A stretch of 63,998 nt of DNA, counting the filler, from Octopus bimaculoides (lineage: Eukaryota), in the NCBI RefSeq assembly GCF_001194135.2. It is 5 parts of 5 records of this genome, joined end to end, with 100 filler letters (N's around TTAATTAATTAA, not from the genome) between each part and the next. Parts side by side here need not be neighbours in the genome. Positions count along the whole stretch, not along the records: positions 46,882 to 58,748 come from NC_069005.1; positions 58,849 to 62,825 come from NC_069001.1; positions 62,926 to 63,998 come from NW_026427163.1; 2 more parts are not named here. One strand, 5' to 3'. The notes below the pieces were generated by a model. The model was given only the letters and a program-made list of their open reading frames with translations, was not told the DNA's origin and did not search any database. Shown piece by piece: positions 52,553 through 63,393 of the stretch (within the stretch, counting starts at the first letter, position 1; each line of letters starts with the position of its first letter). The position numbers and the translations under genes are program-made.

Positions 52553-53040
52553 TAGATGAGATGCAGTCTGGGTTCGTGCCAGGGAAAAGCACCACTGATG
52601 CTATATTTCTGGTAAGACAGCTGCAGGAGAAATACCTAGCCAAGGATAAACCTCTGTATGTGGCTTTCGTTGACATGGAGAAAGCCTTTGACAGGGTCCC
52701 CCAATCCCTTATCTGGTGGTCAATGAGGAAACTAGGGATAGATGAATGGTTAGTGAGAGCTGCGCAAGCCATGTACAGGGACACTGTCAGTAAGGTGAGG
52801 GTTGGCAACAAGTACAGTGAAGAATTCCGGGTAGAGGTAGGGGTCCGCCAAGGTTCAGTCCTCAGCTCCCTCCTATTCATCATAGTCCTCCAGGCAATAA
52901 CAGAGGAATTCAAGACAGGATGCCCCTGGGAGCTCCTCTAAGCTGATGACCTTGCTCTGATTGCTGAGTCACTATCAGAACTAGAGAAGTTTCAGGTGTG
53001 GAAGCAAGGATTAGAATTGAAGGGCCTTAGAGTCAACCTT
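52553..53040 (+). mobile_element. RTE LINE RT fragment (YADD mutated to *ADD)
   Basis: ORF 52561-52941; TAA at 52939-52941 replaces the catalytic Tyr codon. Confidence 0.9.
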
Positions 53041-53159
53041 TAAGTTATATTAATGGTTTTGAATGCAATAAACTAGGCAACTAATACTTGTTTTACCAAA
53101 AGTGTATTTTGGAATAGAAAGCATTACATTGAGATCTCTTACACATGACAGAAATTACT

Positions 53160-53375
53160 TTAACCCTTTACCATTCAGATTACTTTCTCTAGTCTGTTAC
53201 TTATTAATTCAGTTTTGAATTAATATTGTAGCTTTGAGATTTCAATGACGTAATCATTTATTTTTAGAATGGCATTGTAGGACAGGTGTGAGAGGCTGGA
53301 TCTAGTCATTTTGAATGTAAGACAGATAGAATATTTTGGGTTGGATACAGCCAGTTTAAATGCTAAAGGGTATAA
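53160..53375. mobile_element. piggyBac-like MITE (same family as 55907, opposite orientation)
   Basis: TTAACCCTTTA ... AATGCTAAAGGG termini; the interior is reverse-complementary to the 55907 copy. Confidence 0.65.
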
Positions 53376-53499
53376 TTCTGTTATAATCTTCAACAGAGTT
53401 ATTGCATACAACAATGTCGTCTGAATACAAATAAGTAATCTAAGATCATCCTGCAAAATAATTTGGTTCAAGATTCCGAGTTTGATTCCAGGTAGTGAC

Positions 53500-53715
53500 C
53501 TGAATAATAATAATAATAATAATAATAACAACATCGAAAAATACCTCAGGAATACCCAGGTACGAAATTTCCCCCAAGACACCTGACGAAGGCTGGAAGG
53601 TATGTATATCAGCCGAAACGTTGTGTTAACAACAAACAAGATGAGGACAAATATCTGTCAAATGTAAATAATGTAAATAATGTACATAATTCCTCATCTC
53701 TTAAATATAGAACCA
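53500..53715 (+). mobile_element. Short Penelope-like terminal-repeat element adjoining (AAT)n
   Basis: Contains the intact hammerhead at 53578-53627 and lies antisense within an MSL3 intron. Confidence 0.6.
53578..53627 (+). ncRNA. Minimal type I hammerhead ribozyme motif
   Basis: GACAC-CTGACGA-A-GGCTG(14 nt)CAGCC-GAAA-CG-TT-GTGTT: helix I 5 bp (one GU), full core with an extra A after A9, helix II 5 bp, helix III 2 bp with no loop. Confidence 0.75.
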
Positions 53716-53811
53716 TTAATATTAACAGTACAAAAACAAAATCGTTAACAAAATGATGAAGACATAACAAAAAAGATATTTTACAAACATAAAGCAAAAA
53801 CTCAAGCTCAC

Positions 53812-53980
53812 ATTTCCATTGGTTCCATTCCGACCGTTGTTTCTGTTACCATCTCCATCTGGCTCTGAGGATTCCTCACTTGACTCACAGTCGCTACTAC
53901 TGTCAAATGACAAAGGTTTATGTTTAAAGGCCTTCTCTAAAATGTCATCAATTTTGTTCTTGCGAGCCTTGTTGTTGCGA
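53812..53980 (-). CDS. MSL3: MSL3-like exon, basic then Ser/acidic linker: RNNKARKNKIDDILEKAFKHKPLSFDSSSDCESSEESSEPDGDGNRNNGRNGTNGN
   Basis: tttcaattgcag acceptor, gtgagc donor; 169 nt, phase 2/0, open and in frame with both neighbours. The composition matches the low-complexity linker of MSL3. Confidence 0.85.
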
Positions 53981-54214
53981 CTGCAATTGAAACAGAGATA
54001 GCCAATTAGTAAAACAGATTTTATTTGAAATGGGAAACATCAATCTACAATGGAGATCAACCAATAGATATGGGGAAAAAGATAATATGGTAGTGATGAG
54101 GGGCAAGAGTAAAACCCTCAAAGATCGACAGATGATACGTGCATCAGGATGAGGGACAGGCTGCACCTACATAAAGCAATCAATGGTTTAATTGATGGAC
54201 TGAGTTTTACTTAC

Positions 54215-54307
54215 TAGCATTTTGCAGTCTCTGCCAACTGCTTCATTAGACTTCGGTTTTCCTCGGTGCCTTTTAAGATGTAGTTCTCACCAACAGTTCT
54301 GTCCCAG
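54215..54307 (-). CDS. MSL3: MSL3-like exon: WDRTVGENYILKGTEENRSLMKQLAETAKC(Y)
   Basis: tttctttcag acceptor, gtaagt donor; 93 nt, phase 2/2. AG|C completes GWNSSWDR, the family GWN-x-SWD-R/E motif. Not in the ORF track in this frame. Confidence 0.92.
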
Positions 54308-54739
54308 CTGAAAGAAATTAAATAATGTACAGAGATTAGAAACATAAGGTAATATAAATTGAGGAAATTTTTTTTTGTTTATATTTCAAAGCTCATCACA
54401 TACATACAATTATATACATATCATCATCATCATTATATATATATANNNNNNNNNNNNNNNNNNNNNNNNNNNNNNNNNNNNNNNNNNNNNNNNNNNNNNN
54501 NNNNNNNNNNNNNNNNNNNNNNNNNNNNNNNNNNNNNNNNNNNNNNNNNAACTTTTCAGCACTCCTTCATAAAGTTGACTTGAGCAGAATTTGAACCCAG
54601 AACATAAAGCCAGAAGAAATGCTACTAATGATTCTACCAGCTCACCACCCTCTTCATGTAATTAATAATCCTTTCTTCTATATATACAAGGCCTGAAATT
54701 TGTGGGGAGGGGACAAGCCATTTACATCAACTCCAATAA

Positions 54740-54945
54740 TACGAGGGGGTGCTGGAAAGTTCCTGGCTTTAAGGGTATCGCAAAAGGCCTGGTTGGAGGT
54801 CCAACCTTCTAAGTTCTTTTACAGAAGGACCACTGCATTAAGTGTGTAAATTTGAGAGGGGAAGATGTTGAACAAAATCATAATTAACTGATCCTCCTGC
54901 ATTTTCTTTTACCCAAAGCCAGGAACTTTTCAGCACTCCTTCATA
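54740..54945. mobile_element. Mariner-type MITE inserted in a SINE remnant
   Basis: TA-CGAGGGGGTGCTGGAAAGTTCCTGGCTTT ... AAAGCCAGGAACTTTTCAGCACTCCTTCA-TA termini. Confidence 0.75.
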
Positions 54946-55906
54946 AAGTTGACTTGAGCAGAATTTGAACCCAGAACATAAAGCCAGAAGAAATGCTACT
55001 AATGATTCTACCAGCTCACCACCCTCTTCATGTAATTAATAATAGAAGTAAATCCTAATTTTAGGGGTGTATTTGCCAGGTAAGTGATTTGATTTGAGAC
55101 TGTGGTCGAAACTAAGAGGATTGCAGCATGGGAGACAAATGTTAGTCATTCAAAAACAAAGCAGCTGAGAGTGCTTTGTCTCACAGATGCTAGTGCCATC
55201 TACAATGCACTTGTACCAGTGCCATGTAAAATGCACTCGTTCCGGTGGCATATAGAAAGCACCCAGCACGCTCTCTGAAGTGATTGGTATTAGGATGGGT
55301 ATCCAGCCATAGAAATATGCCATAACAGACAATTGGAGCCTGGACAGCTTTGCAACTGGCCTGCTCCATGTCAAACTGTCCAGCCCATGCCAGCATGGAA
55401 AACAGACATTAAACAATGATGATGGTGATGATGTCAAAATTTTTATCACACCAACTGCAACGTGGTCGTTGATGTGATTCCACTGCATCAAATAATAAAT
55501 GTTTAAGGAACATTAATAATCTTCATGTGTTTCCAATTGGCTATGTTTTCTATGTTGTAAATTTTGTGGAAGTTCATGGCTTAGTGGTTAGGGTGTTGGA
55601 CTCATGATCATAAGATTGTGGTTTCAATTCCTGGACCAGGCAATGCATTGCATTCTTGAGCAAAAACATTCATTTCACATTGCTCCAGTTCACTCAGCTG
55701 GTGAAAAGGAATAACCCTGTGATGGACCGGCATCTGGTCCAGGGAGGAACATCTACATCAGAGAAACTGGGAAACCAGCCCAATGCTCCAAACCACGTTG
55801 TAAATCTTAATTAATTAATCATCTTGCTTTATTCCTTCACTTCAATGGCACAGAAACCTGATGTCCACTTAGGAATATTGTTTACCAGAAAAAGAAAGGA
55901 TTGTTT

Positions 55907-56591
55907 TTAACCCTTTAGCATTTAAAGTATCCATATCTGGCCAAAATATTCTACTGGTTTCATGTTCAAACTGGCCAGATGTGGTCTCTCACACCTGTGC
56001 CACAATGTTATTCTAAAAATAAACAATCATACCGTCAAAATCTGAAAGCTATGAGATAATTCATATTTAATTCAAAACAATGTGAATAAATCATCATCAT
56101 CATCGTCGTCGTTTAATGCCCACTTTCCATGCTAGCATGGTTGGACAATTTGACTGAGGACTGGTGAAACCAGATGGCTACACCAGGCTCCAATCTGATT
56201 TGGCAGAGTTTCTACAGCTGGATGCCCTTCCTAAAGCCAACCACTCAGAGAGTGTAGTGGGTGCTTTTACGTGCCACCGGCACGAAGGCCAGTCCAGGGG
56301 CAACGGCCACGCTCAAAATGGTGTATTTTATGTGCCACCTGCACAAGAGCCAGGGGCACTGGCAATGATCTCGCTCAAAAGTCCTTACACATGCCGCAGG
56401 CACAAGTGCCAGAAAGGCGACGCTGGGCACAGGTGCCATCACAATTTCGCTTTCGCTTGCCCCAATAAGTCTTCGCAAGCTGAGTTTCGTGTCCAATGAA
56501 GGAGACGACGTTGGCATGGGTGCCAATCATCAAATTTAACTCGATTTCAATTTCTACATTTGTAAGAGTAATCGGAATGCTAAAAGGTTAA
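55907..56591. mobile_element. piggyBac-like MITE with nested RTE 3' tail (~56091-56555, minus strand)
   Basis: TTAACCCTTTAGCATT ... AATGCTAAAAGGTTAA termini; the insert ends in (GAT)n on the minus strand. Confidence 0.7.
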
Positions 56592-56644
56592 ATGAGTTTA
56601 GACATATAGAATATTGAAAGAGGAAAACAAGAAAAGTCCAATAC

Positions 56645-56727
56645 CTGCTGTTCCATCCCTGAAAGTGAATCCGATAAGCAGGCATGTTCCGTCCTGATTT
56701 ATCTTTCACGTAAGCTGTGTCCAAAAT
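56645..56727 (-). CDS. MSL3: MSL3-like exon, chromo-barrel domain: ILDTAYVKDKSGRNMPAYRIHFQGWNS(S)
   Basis: Minus-strand tttcaag acceptor and gtattg donor; 83 nt, phase 0/2. Y-x-IHF-x-GWN is the MRG15/MSL3 chromo-barrel motif. The upstream exon (expected VLC-x-EPDP-x-KA) is not in the window. Confidence 0.9.
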
Positions 56728-57411
56728 CTTGAAAGAAATATATAAAAACAAAAAGTTATTTTTAAATTGCTGCAAAAATGTTTTTAAATTTTGAAATGGG
56801 GCCAACAGTTTTTGGTGGGCGGGGGAAGCTGATTACATCAACCCTTATACTTAAGTGATACCTATTTTATCGAGCCCAAAAGGGATGCAAGGCAAGTTCA
56901 ACCTCAGCAGAATTTGAACTCAGATTGTAAAGTCAGGCAAAATGTCACTAAGCATCTTATCCAGAATCCTTTTTCTTTCTTTTATCTTTACACTGCAGCC
57001 ATGCTGGAGCACCGCCTTGAGGAATGATTAGTTGAATGTATTGACTCCAGTACTTATTCTATTGGACTCATTTGTTGAACCACTAAGTTATGGGGACGTG
57101 GATACACCAACACAGGCTGTTAAGCAGAAATGCAGTATTATGTGTGTGTGCATATATATATATATAAATATATATATAAACATATATATATTGATATATA
57201 TATATACGTATATACACACACATATGTATATACACATACACATATATACACACACACACATATATATATATGCACACACACACATATATATATATACACA
57301 TATGTATATATATACACACACATATATACATATATACACACAGCTATATATATCTATACATATATACATACATATATATGTATATATATATATACATATA
57401 TATATATATAG

Positions 57412-57462
<51 letters not shown>

Positions 57463-57476
57463 TGTATATACATATA

Positions 57477-58130
57477 TACTTGTTGCCAACCCTCACCTTA
57501 CTGACAGTGTCCCTGTACATGGCTTGCACAGCTCTCACTAACCATTCATCTATCCCTAGTTTCCTCATTGAACACCAGATAAGGTATTGGGGGATCCTGT
57601 CAAAGGCTTTCTCTATGTCAATGAAAGCCAGGTACAGAGGTTTATCTTTGGCTAGGTATTTCTCTTGCAGCTGTCTTACCAGAAATATAGCACCAGTGGT
57701 GCTTTTCCCTGGCACAAACCCATACTGCATCTCATCTAGACTGACTCTCTCCCTAATTAGTCGGGCTATGACCCTCTCCGTGACCTTCATTACCTGATCC
57801 AACAACTTGATACCTCTGTAATTATTTGTATTTAAAGCATCACCTTTACCTTTGTAGCAGTTGACTATGGTGCCGCTACACCATTCATTGGGTATGACTC
57901 CTTCGTGTATCACCTGGTTAACTATATGGGTGACTAGGCTATAGCCAACACCGCCAGATATTTTGAGCATCTCTGCAGTGATTCCTGATGGGTAAGGGGC
58001 TTTCCCTGTCTTCATACACTTAATTGCTTTATCTACCAAGGTACTGTCAATTCGAATAGCTTGTCCCTCTGTTGGGTCGGCATTCGGCAGACTCTCTTTC
58101 TCCCATTTATTCTCTTTATAGAGCAACCTT
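57477..58130 (-). mobile_element. RTE LINE RT fragment ending in a microsatellite
   Basis: [42 protein letters not shown], then a (TA/CA)n tract. Confidence 0.9.
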
Positions 58131-58134
58131 TCAT

Positions 58135-58748
58135 AGTGGCATCTCCAAGCCGAGTTTAGTGTTCCTACAAATTTAGTTCGATTTCGATTTCACTTGCCTC
58201 ACCATGTCTTCACAAGCGGAGTTTAGTGTCCAATGAAGGAATGTTACGCGTAAGTGGGCTGGCTACATCCCTGGCATAAGCCATGGGTTATGGTCTCACT
58301 TGGCTTGCCAGGTCTTCTCACGCACAGCATATTTCCAAAGGTCTCGATCACTAGTCATTGCCTCGGTGAGGCCTAATGTTCGAAGGTCGTGCTTCACCAC
58401 CTCATCCCAGGTCTTCCTAGGCCTGCCTCTTCCACAGGTTCCCTCAACCGCTAGGGTGTGGCACTTTTTCACGCAGCTATCCTCATCCATTCTCACCACA
58501 TGTCCATACCAGCGCAATCGTCTCTCTTGCACACCACAACTGATGCTTCTAATGTTCAGCTTTTCTCTCAAGATACTTACACTCTGACGGGTATTCACAT
58601 TGACATTACACATCCAACGGAGCATACTGGCTTCATTCCTTGCGAGCTTACGTATGTCCTCAGCAGTTACAGCCCATGTTTCACTGCCATGTAGCATGGC
58701 TGTTCGTACGCATGCGTCATACAGTCTGCCTTTTACTCTGAGTGACAC
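58135..58748 (-). mobile_element. RTE LINE C-terminus and start of 3' UTR, cut by scaffold join
   Basis: SLRVKGRLYDACVRTAMLHGSETW..RRLRWYGHVVRM..GRGRPRKTW; the UTR shares sequence with 56460-56545. Confidence 0.9.
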
Positions 58749-58848
58749 NNNNNNNNNNNNNNNNNNNNNNNNNNNNNNNNNNNNNNNNNNNNTTAATTAA
58801 TTAANNNNNNNNNNNNNNNNNNNNNNNNNNNNNNNNNNNNNNNNNNNN
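58749..58848. other. Artificial scaffold join
   Basis: N44-TTAATTAATTAA-N44. Confidence 0.95.
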
Positions 58849-59849
58849 AAATTGAACTCAGAACGCAGTGGCAGACGAAATACCGCTAAGCATTTCGCCC
58901 AGCGTGCTAACGTTTCTGCCATCTCGCCACCTTAAGAAATGAGATCTTTTCAATGCGGTCACGACTTGCTATACACACGCACGCACGCATACACAGCCAC
59001 ACGGACACACAGACACACAGACACACACGCACGCACACACTCACAGGGAGAGAAAAAAGAGAGAGGCAGACAGGCAGATGTAGAGAGTGTATACAAGATT
59101 CAATTTATATGACGGAGCAGTTTTGTTCCATGATGCATTTAGGTTGTTATTGTCGTTGCTGTTTTACCCCTGTTTAGTCCTGATCCATCAAACCTATGAT
59201 GAAAAACATTCTGACCATGTAATTTTAGGCAACAATGTATCTCGGGTTACGTCATCTAATGTGCTATTTATTTAGACAGCTGGTCGTGGTATCAGACAGT
59301 TTGGGCTGTTATTTCTAGCATGGCCAGTGGTAACATCGAGTCCCTCTCTCACTGGCTTCTACACTTGTGGTCATGCAGAGTAAAACGTTGAAATTGCAAT
59401 AATAAATATTTCTGTTTCAGGCACAAGAAGACCAGAAATTTTAAAGTGGGTGGGGATCGAAGTTAGTGAATGGTATCAATCCCAATACATGACTAGTAAT
59501 TCTTTATCGAGCTCAAGAGTGTCGAACGGAAAAGTCAATCTCGGCGGCATTTGAATTCAGAATGTGAAGACAAACGAAACCATGTTAAGTGTTTTTTTCC
59601 GGCGTGCTAATGGCCCTGCCAGCTTGATTCCTGGGTCTGTTATGTAATAAATAGTAATTGTAACGATTTTAAATTGTTGCCCAAAGCTAGCAATTTTAGT
59701 GGGAGAAAGTGGATGCTATCGATCTAAGTACTTCATTGAATCTGAAAGATGAAAGGCAGAGGTGATCTCAGCAGGATTTAAAATCGGAATGTAAAGAGCT
59801 GTAAAACATTTTTCAGACAGTTTGTTCATTATATATATATATATATATA

Positions 59850-59973
59850 TGGGAGAATATACAAAAAATAACAACAGACGAGGACAGGTGGTGTAAATAA
59901 CAAAAGTATATATTAGTATGACGCTCGGGAATACGGAAAGTCTTTGACGTTTCGAGCTACGCTCTTCAACAGA

Positions 59974-59975
<2 letters not shown>
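59850..59975 (-). mobile_element. Short repeat with CUGUUGA hammerhead variant, embedded in (TA)n
   Basis: Homologous to 1-120 and ~10175-10320; flanked by (TA)n on both sides. Confidence 0.6.
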
Positions 59976-60004
<29 letters not shown>

Positions 60005-61113
60005 ACCCCCACCCTACCACTTAATGTGAGTGTCCCAACCAACAATAAATACTTATTATTGGCGGTCCAAATATTCGTCGCACCAACTGCAACCTGCTCA
60101 CTGACATGATTCTGCTGCAACAAAACGGTACAGTGCTTTTGTGTCAGTGACCAGGTCGCAGTTGGTGCGACGAAACATCTCACACAGAATAATATATGTT
60201 TAAGTGATGTTAACTGTTTCTGTGTATTTTTGAATGACTAATATATATATCTTCCAAAGTGTTATTGTTTTACTTTCGAGACATAGTCTCAGACCAAATC
60301 ACTCGCCAGACAATCACGTCTCCAAAATTCAAAGAGCACTTCTAAGAATTCACATATTTCCTATCACTTCAAATCCGAAGAATACATAGTCACACAATTC
60401 ATCAATAATCAATAATTGTACAATTAATCAATAACTATACAAATAATCAATACCTATTCAATTGATGAATAACTCTACAAGTAATCGATAATTGATTTTG
60501 TAATTCATAGGTTTGGTGAGAAATCTTATGATAGGCGCAGGCATGGCTGGGTGGTTAAGAATCAAGGGGTTTCGGGTCAATCCCATTGTATACAACCTTG
60601 GTAGGTGTATTCTACGATAGCCCTCGGCTGACCCAAACCTTCTGAATGAATATGGTTGACGGAAACTACGTGGAAGCCTATCGTATGTATATATACTTGC
60701 AGTACGAGTTTAATTCGTTCCATGACCGAGTTCGTCTTAGCATTTACTCGTTTTACAAATCAATTTTCCCCATTGAAATTAGCTAAGATATAATTAATCT
60801 GTTCCAGACCCCCAAAACCACTCAAAAATATTTTTTTATGGGTTTTAAAACAGAAAAGGTGTAGTTACAAGTAAAATGACAATTATAAAAAAGAGAATGC
60901 AAAAGAAATATGTAAACTGTGTGCTCGTACTGCGGATTTCCGCTCGTACTNNNNNNNNNNNNNNNNNNNNNNNNNNNNNNNNNNNNNNNNNNNNNNNNNN
61001 NNNNNNNNNNNNNNNNNNNNNNNNNNNNNNNNNNNNNNNNNNNNNNNNNNNNNNNNNNNNNNNNNNNNNNNNNNNNNNNNNNNNNNNNNNNNNNNNNNNN
61101 NNNNNNNNNNNNN

Positions 61114-61151
<38 letters not shown>

Positions 61152-61539
61152 GAATTTGAACTCAGAACGTGAGATACAGCAAGGCTTCTCGTTCGACGCT
61201 ATATTTCTTACCCACCCGTCATCCTAAACCGGTATTTCATTTTCATTGGCCTCAGAAGGTTGAAAGTCGAAGTTGAATCCGGTGACATTTAATTTCAATG
61301 TGCAGACGACTGGAGTAAACCCCACAGGGTGTTGAATCTCCAACGACTCTGTTATTTCGCCGCATAACAGTCGCTAAATGAAATGGTAAAATTGAGAATG
61401 GAAAGAAACTGGTGAGAATCTGTGTCAGAAAGAACCCAGGAGGGGGTGCGATGATTCCAATAATTGTAGTTATAGTGAAGAATGGTAAATGTTTGATGTT
61501 TCGAGCTACAAGCTCTTTATCAAGGAAGAGAAAAGAAAC

Positions 61540-61599
<60 letters not shown>

Positions 61600-62568
61600 C
61601 GGAGAGAGAGGAGAAAGCGGGAGAGAGAAAGCGGAGAGAGAGAAAAGGAGTTCTATGCTGTGTAGTTGAAATGATTGTTACATGTGCAGTATTGGTACTC
61701 TAGGTTTTTCGGTCATCGGGTACCTCTTATAAATGATTTTAATGTTTCTTTTCTAATAATTTTTTTTTACTTGGGTACCTCTGACGAGGTATCTAGTTTC
61801 TATTCTATAAATATGTTTTGCCCCTTTAATGTTATTTTCCCACACTGTAACGGTACCCATCTACCCATCACGTCGATTAAAAACAAAATACATAAAACTT
61901 TGTCTGGATTTTACAGTTGGATTATAAAAGTACGGCATGCATCTCACGATAGAACAATTCAGAAAAAAAAAAAGAAAAAAGAGAACTGGCTTCTTGAAAG
62001 ACATCAACAGGTTCATAATAATACCTAATAAATTATGCCTTGAAACAGTTAATTTAATCTTAATTAATCAACACGCTCAGTTAATCTTTAATTAATCAAC
62101 ACGCACAAAGTCATTGAGGGAAACAGATCAATGCATGAACTCTATCTAAGGCAAATAGGGAGGACAATTCCGAAAATGAAATAAGAAAATGAAGTGAGTC
62201 CATCGAAATCTGATTTAATTAGCAGGGAAAACAAAGTGGAATTGAATTAATCTAATCTTTGACAGGTAACAAATTCCAGACAATAAGGGTGGATATTTAA
62301 ATATGGTACCGTACCATTAATTAAATGAGAAGGAAATCTTATCCTTCTTGGATATATCTCTTTATTGTTTTGAGTCTACCAAAAGATTTGGTTACTATTT
62401 CTAGCACATCTAGCGGCTGCACCGAGCCTCTCTCAGTATGTTTAATCAGTCGGCGAAATATGGCAAGAGACAACAAACAACAACCGAAATTAATGGCTTA
62501 CGAGTAATTGATATCTTTGATGTGATTCAATCGTTATCTCGTCCAACGTTTCATTATATATTTATGTA

Positions 62569-62569
<1 letters not shown>

Positions 62570-62644
<75 letters not shown>

Positions 62645-62825
62645 TTATGTTTGACTTTTGTTTTGCATTTGTACAAGTTGGATCCAAGTCTCACCCAGAG
62701 ACCTCAAGAGACAACAAGTTAGAAGTTCATGTAGGTGTTATGCCTAGGGTACCATATATTTGGATTTGTACAGTTTTGTTCAAGTGAATGTTTAAGAAAC
62801 CATAAGAAAATTATGTGTTTGCTTT
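62570..62825 (-). mobile_element. Probable non-LTR 3' end with (TAA)n tail
   Basis: Unique sequence running into a long (TAA)n tract on the minus strand; cut by the join at 62826. Confidence 0.45.
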
Positions 62826-62925
62826 NNNNNNNNNNNNNNNNNNNNNNNNNNNNNNNNNNNNNNNNNNNNTTAATTAATTAANNNNNNNNNNNNNNNNNNN
62901 NNNNNNNNNNNNNNNNNNNNNNNNN
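62826..62925. other. Artificial scaffold join
   Basis: N44-TTAATTAATTAA-N44. Confidence 0.95.
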
Positions 62926-63057
62926 AGGTAGAGATAGATAGGGAGAGTGTGCTTGTGTGTCTGTGTGTGCATGTGTGTGTGAGAGAGGGAGAGGAAGAGA
63001 GAGAGAGAGTGAGAGAGAAATTGCATGTGAAGGCGATAAATGGATGGATAGATAGAT

Positions 63058-63105
<48 letters not shown>

Positions 63106-63229
63106 TGATAGATAGATGGATGGATGGATGGATGGATGGATAGATAGACGGACAGACGGATGGAGAGACAGACAGATAGATAGATAGACGGCCAGATAGA
63201 CAAATGGATGGATGGATGGATAGATAGAT

Positions 63230-63260
<31 letters not shown>

Positions 63261-63332
63261 TAGATAGATGGATCGATCGATCGATAGATAGATAGGTAGA
63301 CAGACCAGATAGATCAATCGATAGCTAGATTA

Positions 63333-63393
<61 letters not shown>

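Noticed and set aside
54550-55043. 120-bp exact direct repeat (54550-54669 and 54924-55043)
   Set aside because: The first copy starts at a gap edge mid-TIR; most likely a gap-filling artefact.
46510-58748. Flipping piece 46882-58748 so the RTE ending at 46781 joins the RTE C-terminus at 58748
   Set aside because: The rest of MEGF8 and the start of MSL3 would then have to fit inside one LINE-sized gap. Independent breaks in different RTE copies are simpler.
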